Shown: positions 1 to 9,818, counted from the stretch's first letter. The stretch: DNA of 64,000 nt from an uncultured Bacillales bacterium (GCA_946534345.1 CAMNCL010000005.1:435-64434); one strand, 5' to 3'. The notes: generated from the letters alone by a model not told the origin. A program made the numbers and translations.

Positions 1-278
1 AAATGAATACGATCTTCTAACTGAGTTTTCTTAATATTTTTTATTGCTTCTAAGTAACGTTTTTCATCTCTTTCAATAGTAGTTACTTTTATATCATCAG
101 CTACTCCACACATCATAATAGCTGAATATCCTATCGCTGTACCAACTTCTAAAATATTTTTTATTTTATTTTGCTTAATATATCTTAGTAAATAATGCAT
201 TCCTCCATCAGTCATTATAGGAACATTATTATCTTTAGCATATGTTTTCATTTTCTTTATTATATCACTATTTAACAT
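1..278 (-). CDS. class I SAM-dependent O-methyltransferase (YrrM-like), C-terminal part cut by window edge
   Basis: My translation of the reverse strand from the ATG at 278..276 gives MLNSDIIKKMKTYAKDNNVPIMTDGGMHYLLRYIKQNKIKNILEVGTAIGYSAIMM... EVGTAIGYS is a Rossmann SAM-binding motif I. The gene lies downstream of mltG, as in the Firmicute yrrK-yrzB-yrrL-yrrM block. Confidence 0.7.
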   Translation of the reverse strand, partial: MLNSDIIKKMKTYAKDNNVPIMTDGGMHYLLRYIKQNKIKNILEVGTAIGYSAIMMCGVADDIKVTTIERDEKRYLEAIKNIKKTQLEDRIH

Positions 279-297
279 AAAAATATTTATTTGGTTA

Positions 298-1368
298 TTA
301 CCAAATCCAATCTCCTTTTTCTTTTATTTCTGCTATCTTTTGATCATGTTCTTTATTAGTTCTAGTATAAAAAATATTACCATGTTTATCTGCTACAAAG
401 AATAAATAATCATTATCTGTAGGATATAAGCTTGCTTCTATACTTGATATTCCACTACTACAAATAGGCCCTACTGGCATTTTACCAATCATATTTACAG
501 ATCTAGTATTATATGGATTATCTACTAAGAAATCTGCACTAGCTAAATCACTGGTCATTGGTTTTTGTAATGCATAATATGTAGTAACATCACTACCCAT
601 ATTCATTCCAGAAGACATTCTATTTTCAAAAATACCGACTATCATTTTTCTATTAGTAGCATTAGTACCCTCTAATTCTACTATAGAAGCCATTGTCATA
701 TGATAGTGAATATCTTTAGATAAATCCGCTTTATACTTACTTAGTTTTTTATCAGTTTCATCCAATACTTTTTCAATTATTTCTTTAACATCTACATCTT
801 TATTATCAAAGTGATATGTATCAGGAAACATATATCCTTCTAATGGATAATAAATATTACTATCTAGAATTTTATCAGTCAAAAACCAATATTTATTAAC
901 TAATTCTTTAGCATATTCTCTATCTTTAAAAACATTAATTACATCATCATAATTATTATTAGTCTTATCAGCTATTAATTTAGCATAATCAGTTATTCTT
1001 TTTCCTTCTTTTAAAGTTAATACTAATAAATTAGGATTATAAGTACTTCCCTTTTCTAAATCACTAACTATTTCTCCTAGAGACATACTTTGATTAAATA
1101 AATAAGTAGATGCCTTCAATGAATTAACTGAATTTAAACGAATATACATATTAAACATCAAAGTACTTTTAATTAATTTCTTTTCTTTTAAAACATTTCC
1201 TATTTCTCTAGTACTAGTACCACTCTTTATATCTACTTCAATATTCTCTTTATTACCCCTATTGACTGGTCCTGTTAATGAAAACCAAATAATAATTAAT
1301 AATATTAATAATACTGCCATTACTATTAATATTTTTACTGGTGTTTTTAATTTTTTTGTCTCTTTCAT
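298..1368 (-). CDS. mltG: endolytic murein transglycosylase MltG (YceG family)
   Basis: 356-aa ORF with an N-terminal TM anchor (ILIVMAVLLILLIIIWF). It carries the YceG signatures LEGYMFPDTYHF and MASIVELEG and sits in the conserved position after ruvX/DUF1292. Confidence 0.9.
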   Translation of the reverse strand: MKETKKLKTPVKILIVMAVLLILLIIIWFSLTGPVNRGNKENIEVDIKSGTSTREIGNVLKEKKLIKSTLMFNMYIRLNSVNSLKASTYLFNQSMSLGEIVSDLEKGSTYNPNLLVLTLKEGKRITDYAKLIADKTNNNYDDVINVFKDREYAKELVNKYWFLTDKILDSNIYYPLEGYMFPDTYHFDNKDVDVKEIIEKVLDETDKKLSKYKADLSKDIHYHMTMASIVELEGTNATNRKMIVGIFENRMSSGMNMGSDVTTYYALQKPMTSDLASADFLVDNPYNTRSVNMIGKMPVGPICSSGISSIEASLYPTDNDYLFFVADKHGNIFYTRTNKEHDQKIAEIKEKGDWIW

Positions 1369-1392
1369 ACTACCTCCAGAAAAAATAAAGAG

Positions 1393-1689
1393 CTATTGCT
1401 CATTATTTTCGTCTTTATTCTTTTTGTTTTTTATTTCTTCTTGTAATGTTTCAAGAATTGTTTCAATTACCTTCCATTCTTTTTCAGTTTCAATTGCTTC
1501 TAATCTACTTTCTGGATTCTCAGGATCATAAGTAGATGCATATACTTGAATATTACCAGAATCATCTCTAGTATTATCAGTATAAGCTATATAACTTTTA
1601 CCTGTTTCATCATTATCAAATGTAAATAGTACATCATATACTACTTCATTACCATTTTCATCTAGCATTGAAAAAGTATTCTTTTTCAT
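1393..1689 (-). CDS. DUF1292 family protein (YrzB-like)
   Basis: 98-aa acidic ORF. The pattern DENGNEVVYDVLFTF...YIAYTD is typical of DUF1292 proteins that follow ruvX in Firmicutes. Confidence 0.7.
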   Translation of the reverse strand: MKKNTFSMLDENGNEVVYDVLFTFDNDETGKSYIAYTDNTRDDSGNIQVYASTYDPENPESRLEAIETEKEWKVIETILETLQEEIKNKKNKDENNEQ

Positions 1690-2105
1690 TACTTATCACT
1701 CCTATCTAAATAAGTTTGTAGAATTATAGTTGCTGCTACAGAATCAACCACTTTTTTTCTATTTTTTCTTGATACATTTCCTGATATAAGTACATCAGTC
1801 GCAGCTTTAGTACTTAGTCTTTCATCTTGAAGATAGACTGGAATATCAAGTCTTTCTTCTAACTTTTCTTTAAAACTCAAACTAAGTTCTCCTTTAGGCC
1901 CAATAGTATTGTTCATATTCTTTGGAAAGCCCAAAACTACCCCTTCTATATGCAACTCATCAACTAATTTTACTACTTCTTCTAGAAGCATATCATATTC
2001 TTCATTATGACGAATTGTCTTATAATTACTCGCAATAATCCCTTGTTTATCACTAAGCGCAATTCCCAAAGTCCTACTACCTAAATCTAATCCTAAATAA
2101 CGCAT
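1689..2105 (-). CDS. ruvX: Holliday junction resolvase-like / pre-16S rRNA nuclease RuvX (YqgF)
   Basis: 138 aa. The N-terminus MRYLGLDLGSRTLGIALSD matches the YqgF RNase H-fold motif. It overlaps both neighbouring genes by 1 nt. Confidence 0.9.
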   Translation of the reverse strand: MRYLGLDLGSRTLGIALSDKQGIIASNYKTIRHNEEYDMLLEEVVKLVDELHIEGVVLGFPKNMNNTIGPKGELSLSFKEKLEERLDIPVYLQDERLSTKAATDVLISGNVSRKNRKKVVDSVAATIILQTYLDRSDK

Positions 2106-2356
2106 TACTTCTTATTTTGAAATTCATTTAATAGAATTTCTACTATCTTAGCACGATCTATTCCTTGGATTTTATTTCTAGCTTCTTTATAACTTGAAAT
2201 ATATCCAGGATCTCCACTAATCAAGTAACCAACAATCTGATTTGTTGGATTATATCCTCTCTCTTCTAATGATTCATATACCTCATGTAATACTCTTCTA
2301 GTAAGCTCCGTATCAAGTTCTTTAACATCAAATAGACTTGTTTGTTCTTGTGACAT
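2105..2356 (-). CDS. ireB: IreB family regulatory phosphoprotein (UPF0297)
   Basis: 83 aa. VYESLEERGYNPTNQIVGYLISGDPGYISS is the UPF0297/IreB signature. It lies immediately upstream of ruvX, as in other Firmicutes. Confidence 0.85.
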   Translation of the reverse strand: MSQEQTSLFDVKELDTELTRRVLHEVYESLEERGYNPTNQIVGYLISGDPGYISSYKEARNKIQGIDRAKIVEILLNEFQNKK

Positions 2357-2425
2357 AATTCCACCTCACATTATTACTCACACTTTTATTTTATCATTGA
2401 TACTACTTAAATACAATAAAAACAA

Positions 2426-3577
2426 TTATGCACTATAGACGAAAGCTATATACAAGATAAAGACAGTAAATATAAGAGTCATTATCCAACCATTACCTTT
2501 TTCAAAAGTAGTAGTCTTATCTTTTATACCTAAAGCTCTAGTTATTAAAACACCTCCAAGTAATCCTCCAATATGTCCAAAATTATCTACCCCAGGTAAT
2601 AAGAAACCTAATACTAAATTAAATAATATTAAAGGAATTATTTGACTTTTCAAAACATTTCCTAAATAAACTCTATAATAATAACCAAAGTATAATAATG
2701 CTCCCATTAGTCCAAAGATAGCTCCACTAGCTCCAATAGAAGGAGTACTTCCTCCAAAAATCATCGAAAACAATGATCCCATAATTCCAGAGAAGAAATA
2801 AATAATAATATATTTAGGTTTTCCTAAGAAACTTTCAATCTGAGAACCAATTACATATAAAGCATAACAGTTAAAGAAGATATGCCAAATACTACCATGT
2901 AGAAAAATTCCTGTAAGTAATCTATAATATTGACCATCTCTAATACTTGGTCCATGAATACATCCCCAAGTAAGAGCAGAGTTATATACTCCTAATAATA
3001 AAGGAACTACAAAGAAGATAATATTCACTATAATTAAGAAATATGTAACATAAGGAACTTTACTCTTAAATAATTGTTCTATTCTAGAAGCATCTTTTCT
3101 ATTATGTTCATTAATATCTCCAGTTATTTTCGCAAATAACTCAAAACCTTTTTCACTATATTTCAATTTACTAGATAAATCTGGAAAAACATCACTAATT
3201 AAATCACTCTTCTTAATATCACTTTCATCTTTTACATTAATACATAATAATTTAGGATCACTATTTAATTCTTCTGTAACATTTTCTCCTAAATCTAGAA
3301 ATATACTCATAACTTTTATATTTAAAGAAAAAGTCTTTTTCTTAATCTTTTTTACTATTCTTTTAGTCTTAAAAACATCAAAATTAAATTGTTCATTATT
3401 ATGAATATAATTAGATACTATTCTAACTACTTTACAGTCTTCGTCTAGATTCTCTAACCATATTTCATTCTCTACCCCTTGTAATATAATAGGATTATAG
3501 TTCTTTTCAGTTATAAAATAATGAAGTAATTTCATCACTAATAAATTCTTATCATCAAGTGTTAATTCAGTCTCCAT
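2426..3577 (-). CDS. rhomboid family intramembrane serine protease with cytoplasmic N-terminal domain
   Basis: 383 aa with a multi-TM C-terminal half. It carries HGSIWHIFFNCYALY, the catalytic GASGAIFGLMGA (GxSG) and the HIGGLLGG histidine motif. Confidence 0.85.
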   Translation of the reverse strand: METELTLDDKNLLVMKLLHYFITEKNYNPIILQGVENEIWLENLDEDCKVVRIVSNYIHNNEQFNFDVFKTKRIVKKIKKKTFSLNIKVMSIFLDLGENVTEELNSDPKLLCINVKDESDIKKSDLISDVFPDLSSKLKYSEKGFELFAKITGDINEHNRKDASRIEQLFKSKVPYVTYFLIIVNIIFFVVPLLLGVYNSALTWGCIHGPSIRDGQYYRLLTGIFLHGSIWHIFFNCYALYVIGSQIESFLGKPKYIIIYFFSGIMGSLFSMIFGGSTPSIGASGAIFGLMGALLYFGYYYRVYLGNVLKSQIIPLILFNLVLGFLLPGVDNFGHIGGLLGGVLITRALGIKDKTTTFEKGNGWIMTLIFTVFILYIAFVYSA

Positions 3578-3652
3578 AAAATACCTCCTAAAATATCACT
3601 ATTATTATAATATATATTTAAAAATAATAAAAGAGAGAAATATCTCTCTTTT

Positions 3653-4522
3653 TTATAACCCAAATAATTCCTTTAAAGTTGTTTCAGTTTCTACTTCAGG
3701 ATAGAATTCACTAAACATACCTGTGGTTGCTCCTGTAGTAGTTCTACCTAATCCTTCATAATAACGACTATTCTTTTTCTCATAATAACTAGTTCCTACT
3801 GTCGCATCAAAAATATAATATTTTCCCTTATATTCAACATAATTCCACATATGATCACTAGATAAAACTAAATAAGAATTAACCCCTATATTTTGAAAGA
3901 TAAGTTGTGAAGCTTTCGCAAAACCAGCACAAACAGAAGATTTCTTAGTAAAAAAACTATAGGCTGATTGATTAGATCCAGAGAAAGTAAAAAATCTATC
4001 ATAATTATGAGATGCTACATAGTCATAAACAAATAATATTTTATCTTTTTCAGACATACCCTTGACATCATTACGAATATTTTCCATTTCTCTTTCAATT
4101 CTTTTAGCCCCAAAATAAGCTTTTAACTTACCTAGATTTTCATAATTTCTATAAGAAATTGTATTATTTTGAAAACTATAACTACGTATTCCTAAAAAAC
4201 TAATTAATTCTGGATGATCTAAATATAATGCATAATATGCTTTATTGAAAGTCTCCGTACAATCACCACTACATTGGAATTCAACAGTAGAAAGATCTTC
4301 CATAGTACCTTCCATAATTTTATTATAAATATAATACTCTTCTTCTTTTAACACTTTCTTTTTAAAATATTCATCACTTTTATATAAATCATTAACATAA
4401 GCAGCACTATCTTGATACTTAGGAGTAATTAGTTTATTTCCTTTAATAGGTCTTAAATAAAAATTTACAGCAAATAGAATAAAAACTAATACAAAATATA
4501 ATACTATTCTTTTGATTTTCAT
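3653..4522 (-). CDS. transglutaminase-like (papain-fold) domain protein, membrane anchored
   Basis: 289 aa with an N-terminal TM segment. A Cys-His-Asp arrangement is present: SVCAGFAKASQLIF ... SDHMWNYVEY ... YIFDAT, as in transglutaminase-core proteins. Confidence 0.6.
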   Translation of the reverse strand: MKIKRIVLYFVLVFILFAVNFYLRPIKGNKLITPKYQDSAAYVNDLYKSDEYFKKKVLKEEEYYIYNKIMEGTMEDLSTVEFQCSGDCTETFNKAYYALYLDHPELISFLGIRSYSFQNNTISYRNYENLGKLKAYFGAKRIEREMENIRNDVKGMSEKDKILFVYDYVASHNYDRFFTFSGSNQSAYSFFTKKSSVCAGFAKASQLIFQNIGVNSYLVLSSDHMWNYVEYKGKYYIFDATVGTSYYEKKNSRYYEGLGRTTTGATTGMFSEFYPEVETETTLKELFGL

Positions 4523-5079
4523 AGATAATCACCTACATAATAAAGTTTAGAGTTAATAAAGCGAACTCCTGGCATCAAGAATTGTTTATCCATTAAAGTT
4601 AAATCATTTGAAGCATTCTTTCCCATAACAGATGTTATATCATCAAAAGATGTTTTGTTTTGAAAATAAGTAACATATTTCTGCATCATATTTTGTTCTA
4701 CAAAAGTAGTATGTTTAATAAGATCCAAGTCTATAGAAATTATTCTTTTATTTATTAAAGTCAAATATTCTAAGTATAAAACAATAACTACATATTCTAA
4801 ATTAGTAATATTATAAGAAGCTGCTTCTTTAGAAATAGTACAATCTTTTCCTAGATTTTGAAAATCGTATATTTTTAAAATAGTCTCAGCATTAGCTGTA
4901 GCTTTAATACCATAGAAACTAGCAAACTTAATATATTGATCTATTATAATTAAAGATTTAGCACGTTCTCTAGTTTCCTTTTTCAACTTTTTATCCATTA
5001 ATTTATCATACACAATAAAGAACACAATATATAGTATTGTGAATATTACAATAAATATAATGAATTCTTTTGTCCTCAT
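4519..5079 (-). CDS. hypothetical membrane-anchored protein
   Basis: 186-aa ORF with an N-terminal TM helix (FIIFIVIFTILYIVFFIVY). It has a 4-nt overlap with the downstream transglutaminase-like gene. I recognised no motif. Confidence 0.5.
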   Translation of the reverse strand: MRTKEFIIFIVIFTILYIVFFIVYDKLMDKKLKKETRERAKSLIIIDQYIKFASFYGIKATANAETILKIYDFQNLGKDCTISKEAASYNITNLEYVVIVLYLEYLTLINKRIISIDLDLIKHTTFVEQNMMQKYVTYFQNKTSFDDITSVMGKNASNDLTLMDKQFLMPGVRFINSKLYYVGDYL

Positions 5080-5134
5080 AAAACTACCTCTATTATTGAT
5101 AATTATAGCATAGAAAAAAGCACATTAGGTGCTT

Positions 5135-6517
5135 TTATTTATTATGATTTACATATTCTTTTGCTACTTTGACATATTTATTATATTTTTCTTCTAATTC
5201 AGCAAAATTGTCATTTACAAAAGCAGAATCATTATCTTTACTCTTTAACTCATGTTGATAAGCGACGTCAGCTAAATCCATAAATCCTAAGTATTTACAA
5301 TCACTCTTTAATGAATGAACTAAGATAGCATATTCAGGCATATTATTTTCTTCTTTAAACTTATTGATATCTGCCCATTTAGCATCTATCTCATCAACAA
5401 AGTCAGATATAGTCATATTATACATTTCCATATCACCTAAAAGCTCTAGTCCATGATTAACATCTACTCCATTAGATTCCAAATAACTACGATCATAAAC
5501 TGTATCAGATGATTCTTCAGTCTTCTCTTCTTCCTTTGATTCTTCTTTTACTTCTTCTTTAACTTCAGTCTCTTCCTTTTTTTCTTCAACTGGAGCTTCC
5601 TCAGTCTTCTCTTCTTCCTTAGGTTCTTCTTTTACTTCTTCTTTAACTTCAGTCTCTTCTTTTTTCTCTTCTACTGGAGCCTCTTCAGTCTTTTCTTCTT
5701 CCTTAGGTTCTTCTTTTACTTCTTCTTTTGCTTCAGGTTCTTCTTTTTTTTCTTCGGCAGGAGCTTCTTCAGCCTTTTCTTCTGCCTTCGGCTCTTCTTT
5801 TACTTCTTCTTTTGTCTCAGACTCTTCTTTTTTCTCTTCTACCGGTGCTTCCTCAGTCTTCTCTTCTTCCTTTTGTTCTTCTTTTACTTCTTCTTTAGTC
5901 TCAGTCTCTTCCTTTTTCTCTTCAACTGGAACTTCCTCAGTCTTTTCTTCTTCCTTTGGTTCTTCTTTTACTTCTTCTTTTGTCTCAGTCTCTTCTTTTT
6001 TCTCTTCTACCGGTGCTTCCTCAGTCTTCTCTTCTTCCTTTGATTCTTCTTTTACTTCTTCTTTTGTCTCAGACTCTTCTTTCTTTTCTTCAACTGGTGC
6101 TTCCTCAGTCTTTTCTTCTTCCTTTGGCTCCTCTTTTACTTCTTCTTTTGTCTCAGACTCTTCTTTCTTTTCTTCAACAGGGGCCTCTTCAGTCTTCTCT
6201 TCTTCTTTAGATTCTTCTTTTACTTCTTCTTTAACTTCAGACTCTTCCTTCTTTTCTTCAACTGGAGCTTCCTCAGTCTTCTCTTCTTCCTTTGATTCTT
6301 CTTTTACTTCTTCTTTAACTTCAGTTTCTTCCTTCTTCTCTTCAACTGGAGTCTCCTCAACCTTTTCTTCTATAGGCGCTTCTTCAATTGTTTTTTCCTC
6401 TACAACACTTTTTTCAGAAGAATCTCCATTAGAAGTTTTTATAGTTCCGTTAAATCCATTAATAACAATTCTTGTAGTTGCCTCTGTTTGTTCAACTAAT
6501 TCATTTTCATCAAACAT
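5135..6517 (-). CDS. HPt (histidine phosphotransfer) domain protein with long Glu/Lys-rich repeat region
   Basis: 460 aa. The C-terminal ~110 aa contain AILVHSLKSDCKYLGFMDLA, which matches the HPt H-x-x-K-G/S...G phosphohistidine motif. Residues ~40-336 are 28-aa acidic repeats. Confidence 0.65.
   Translation of the reverse strand: MFDENELVEQTEATTRIVINGFNGTIKTSNGDSSEKSVVEEKTIEEAPIEEKVEETPVEEKKEETEVKEEVKEESKEEEKTEEAPVEEKKEESEVKEEVKEESKEEEKTEEAPVEEKKEESETKEEVKEEPKEEEKTEEAPVEEKKEESETKEEVKEESKEEEKTEEAPVEEKKEETETKEEVKEEPKEEEKTEEVPVEEKKEETETKEEVKEEQKEEEKTEEAPVEEKKEESETKEEVKEEPKAEEKAEEAPAEEKKEEPEAKEEVKEEPKEEEKTEEAPVEEKKEETEVKEEVKEEPKEEEKTEEAPVEEKKEETEVKEEVKEESKEEEKTEESSDTVYDRSYLESNGVDVNHGLELLGDMEMYNMTISDFVDEIDAKWADINKFKEENNMPEYAILVHSLKSDCKYLGFMDLADVAYQHELKSKDNDSAFVNDNFAELEEKYNKYVKVAKEYVNHNK
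5510..6400 (-). repeat. in-frame tandem repeat, 84-bp (28-aa) period, about 10.5 copies
   Basis: The protein unit EEKTEEAPVEEKKEE(S/T)E(V/T)KEEVKEE(S/P)KE recurs 9 times in full, plus a longer first unit and a truncated last one. The nucleotide units are visibly near-identical. Confidence 0.85.
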
Positions 6518-6691
6518 ATTATCCTCCTATCGATAATATATATTATCTTCATATTATTATTTTATATACCCTATTATCAAGTATCATTATAACATACTAT
6601 TTTAATTATTAATATTTAAATATTATAACAGTGTCAACTATTTTACTTTATATCATCTTATATTATTAATATATAACATAAAAAGGCATAA

Positions 6692-8071
6692 TTACTTATA
6701 CCTTTTATTTTCTTTTAAAGATTTTACTTTTATCTTTTTTTCTGTCTGATCATGTATCTTTTGGATATCTAAATCTAAACTATCTATTTCGCTAAAACCA
6801 TCAATTTTATCTGTTAATAATCTACTTTCATCTTCTACTCGTTTTAATTCAACATCTTTTGATCTAACTTCTGCAACTTTCATTTCTAATTCAGCTATTT
6901 TTGATAATGTATCTACTTTTAAGTTCATATAGTTATCTGCTTCCATATCAATAACATTCTTATCCTGATTAATAATTTTATTATATCTATCAGTATACTC
7001 GTTTAATATTTCCTTGGCTTCTTGAAGTAACTCTTTTTTATCCTCTGGATTAAGTAAATTTATTCTATTGATAACTTCATCCAAATTATTCATAATTGTA
7101 TTTTTTAAATTTAATGATTCTAGCTTTTCATCTTCTAAAGTCTTATCAAATTCTTCAATAGAATATGATTTGGCCATAACCATTCTATCAACATTTTCTA
7201 TTTCTCTTAATTTTGATGCTTTTACATCAATTAATCTATTTTCTTCTTTTTTCTCTTTTATTGTTTTTTTAGATTCTTTTACATATTTAATAATATTTGA
7301 ACCATAGAACCAGTAATCGCTACGAGCTATCTTTTTTATACTAAGAATCATATCTTCAATACTTGCGGCTGATAAAGTCATAACAAGTGATGCCTCTAAA
7401 AACTGTTCTGGTGTAGCAGGTAAAAAAGCAGATAATACTGCAGTTGTAGAAACACCTATTGCCACAGGTAAACCAGTTACAGCTGCGATTCCTTTAGTCT
7501 TACCCTTAATAATAGTTGCGTTAGTTCTTTCCATATCTTCTAAATAATCTAAATAAATTCTAGCTTCTGTTGGCGTTAATAAGTCATGACTCGTATTAGT
7601 TTTTTCAATTATTTTGTTTCTTTCATCTTCTTTATTTTTTTCTAATTCATTTCTTTCTTCAATAGACATACTTTTTAAATATAATTTATGTATTTCAGAA
7701 GTTACTTTATTATATTTACCAAAAGCATAATCTTTCATAGTTTCACTATTAATATCTATCTTGTGAACTCTAGTTCTAGGAACATAAGAAGATTCATCTT
7801 TATCAACTAGATAAAAGCAATTACTTTCTTTATCATATTTTACTTTAGCTTCTTCTTGTGAAACTTTTTTTTCAAGATCTCTTATATAATCATCAAACAA
7901 TATTTCTTTTGAATCTTCAGTAAAACCATTACTTCTTGTTATTTCACATACAGTACCAAGTTCAGTAATTACTATTCTATTACCATAATAATCATTATTA
8001 TTATTTATTCTTTCTAATAAATTCTTTTCTTCAGAATCATATTTATCTCTTTCATCCCAATACATAAACAT
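6692..8071 (-). CDS. hypothetical protein, central hydrophobic segment and C-terminal coiled coil
   Basis: 459-aa ORF. It has a central hydrophobic stretch (GIAAVTGLPVAIGVSTTAVLSAFLPA) and a Lys/Glu-rich heptad-like C-terminal half. I recognised no family. Confidence 0.6.
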   Translation of the reverse strand: MFMYWDERDKYDSEEKNLLERINNNNDYYGNRIVITELGTVCEITRSNGFTEDSKEILFDDYIRDLEKKVSQEEAKVKYDKESNCFYLVDKDESSYVPRTRVHKIDINSETMKDYAFGKYNKVTSEIHKLYLKSMSIEERNELEKNKEDERNKIIEKTNTSHDLLTPTEARIYLDYLEDMERTNATIIKGKTKGIAAVTGLPVAIGVSTTAVLSAFLPATPEQFLEASLVMTLSAASIEDMILSIKKIARSDYWFYGSNIIKYVKESKKTIKEKKEENRLIDVKASKLREIENVDRMVMAKSYSIEEFDKTLEDEKLESLNLKNTIMNNLDEVINRINLLNPEDKKELLQEAKEILNEYTDRYNKIINQDKNVIDMEADNYMNLKVDTLSKIAELEMKVAEVRSKDVELKRVEDESRLLTDKIDGFSEIDSLDLDIQKIHDQTEKKIKVKSLKENKRYK

Positions 8072-8119
8072 CCCCTCAAATTGACATGTATCTTATCAGT
8101 TTTATAATTAAAAGTCAAA

Positions 8120-8143
8120 TAAAAAAGTAGTTTTTAACTACTC
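8120..8143 (-). terminator. rho-independent terminator (bidirectional hairpin)
   Basis: Stem agtagtt / aactact (8126..8142) is flanked by an A-run and a T10 run. It lies directly after the stop of the 8152..8889 gene. Confidence 0.6.
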
Positions 8144-8151
8144 TTTTTTTT

Positions 8152-8889
8152 TTAATCAAAATGTACAACTTGATAATCTTTTTCGTTCGGATCATCATTA
8201 CTAGTATTATCTAGTCCATCAGTACAATACATTGGATTAGCAGAACAAGGTATAACTGTAGCTGAATTAGCTCCTCCTGGATTACCATATGAATCAATTA
8301 CTAAAAAATCTCCTGTTGTGACGGTTTCTCTAGTAACACCTTCTTTATAACCTACCACACACAACCAATGTCCTTTACCAGAATTAGAATTTACATGAAT
8401 GACACAAGGTTGTCCATTAGAGATAAGTTCAAAAGCCCTTTGTGCTTGACCTTTTCTTTCACCAGATGGATGTTCTGTTATTCTCTTTAAACCTAAACCA
8501 TCAGCTCCTAAATCTGCAGAAGACACAATTTTTCCTGTTTGCATATAAAGACAATATGCCCTAGCATAATTATCACATAAATCACCACTAACTCCATATC
8601 CTTTAGGCCCCAGATGATCAGCTTGTCCACCAAAAGTATTAACAGCTTCTTGTGGATTACGCTTAAGAATCATGTATCCATCAACAGAAACTAATTTATC
8701 ACTAGTTCCTGTATTTTGATCAAAAAACATATCTGAAAAATCTATTGATTCTGAAGAATTGTAGTCATTCGAAGCATCATAATTTAAACTTCCTCCAGTT
8801 TGCTTAAAATAATTATTACTAATATCTATATTACTTTCTGGTATATCTACTTTAATATTAATATCATCAGGTTTTGAATAGCCTCCCAT
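8152..8889 (-). CDS. putative papain-like cysteine peptidase (C39-like fold), no signal peptide
   Basis: 245 aa. A Cys/His/Asp order typical of papain-like peptidases is present: GDLCDNYARAYCLY ... GKGHWLCVVGY ... LVIDSYG. The N-terminal ~110 aa are low-complexity Asn/Asp/Ser. Confidence 0.5.
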   Translation of the reverse strand: MGGYSKPDDINIKVDIPESNIDISNNYFKQTGGSLNYDASNDYNSSESIDFSDMFFDQNTGTSDKLVSVDGYMILKRNPQEAVNTFGGQADHLGPKGYGVSGDLCDNYARAYCLYMQTGKIVSSADLGADGLGLKRITEHPSGERKGQAQRAFELISNGQPCVIHVNSNSGKGHWLCVVGYKEGVTRETVTTGDFLVIDSYGNPGGANSATVIPCSANPMYCTDGLDNTSNDDPNEKDYQVVHFD

Positions 8890-8933
8890 AATACCACCTC
8901 TATACTGATTATACAGTATCTAAAAAAAAGAAT

Positions 8934-9818
8934 CTACTCAGATTCTCTTAATTCTTCTAGCTTGTCATTAAACTCTTTTGGTGGGTCCACTTGAAAACTC
9001 AACTCTTTTCCAGTTCTTGGATGCTTAAGTTTAATGGAATATGAATGTAACATTTGACCAAACTCAGTACTCTTCTTTCTATTATAAGCTGGATCATTAG
9101 TTACAGGATAACCAATATAAGCTAAATGCACTCTAATTTGATGAGTTCTTCCAGTCTCTAAAATACATTCAATTAAAGTATTATCTTTAAATCTTTCTAA
9201 TACTTTAAAATGAGTAATTGCTTCTTTTGCATTTATATCAGTAACAGCCATCTTTTGTCTATCATTAATATCTCTTCCAATAGGAGCATCTATCTCACCA
9301 GTATCATGTTTAATTAAACCATCTACAATAGCTAAATATTTTCTTTCCACTTTTTTTGTGGAAATCATATTAGATAATTTATCTAACATCTCATCATTTT
9401 TAGCAACTAACATTAATCCACTAGTATCTTTATCTAATCTATGAACAATACCAGGTCTAAGATTTTTAGTAGCTTCTTTTCCTAAATAGAATAATAATGC
9501 ATTAACTAAAGTACCAGTATAATGTCCTGGTGCAGGATGTACAACCATACCACTTGCTTTATTAATAATTAATAAATCATCATCTTCATAGACTATATCT
9601 AGAGGAATATCTTCAGGTTCAACATTAATTTCATAGTTTAAATCATCATTAACAACAATCTCATCATCTAATTTAACAGTATAAGAATTTGATACTTTAT
9701 TGCCATTAACTAATACTAATTCATCTTTAATTAATTTTTGAACTTTACTACGTGATAAATCTAATTCATTTGCCAAGTAACTATCTATTCTTAAACCTTC
9801 ATGATCTTTTACTATCAT
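8934..9818 (-). CDS. rluD: 23S rRNA pseudouridine synthase, RluA/RluD family with S4 domain
   Basis: 294 aa. It has an N-terminal S4-like RIDSYLA...SRSKVQKLI and the catalytic HRLDKDTSGLML motif, plus GRTHQIRVHL. Confidence 0.9.
   Translation of the reverse strand: MIVKDHEGLRIDSYLANELDLSRSKVQKLIKDELVLVNGNKVSNSYTVKLDDEIVVNDDLNYEINVEPEDIPLDIVYEDDDLLIINKASGMVVHPAPGHYTGTLVNALLFYLGKEATKNLRPGIVHRLDKDTSGLMLVAKNDEMLDKLSNMISTKKVERKYLAIVDGLIKHDTGEIDAPIGRDINDRQKMAVTDINAKEAITHFKVLERFKDNTLIECILETGRTHQIRVHLAYIGYPVTNDPAYNRKKSTEFGQMLHSYSIKLKHPRTGKELSFQVDPPKEFNDKLEELRESE

Noticed and set aside
5956-6210. Plus-strand Leu/Ser-rich ORF antisense to the HPt repeat. Similar antisense ORFs lie at 63149..63415, 63559..63822, 1262..1531, 7068..7307, 12241..12444, 14038..14424, 18298..18495, 26892..27356 and 34535..34909.
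   Set aside because: These are shadow ORFs created by stop-poor repetitive or AT-biased sequence on the opposite strand of well-supported genes. None has an RBS.
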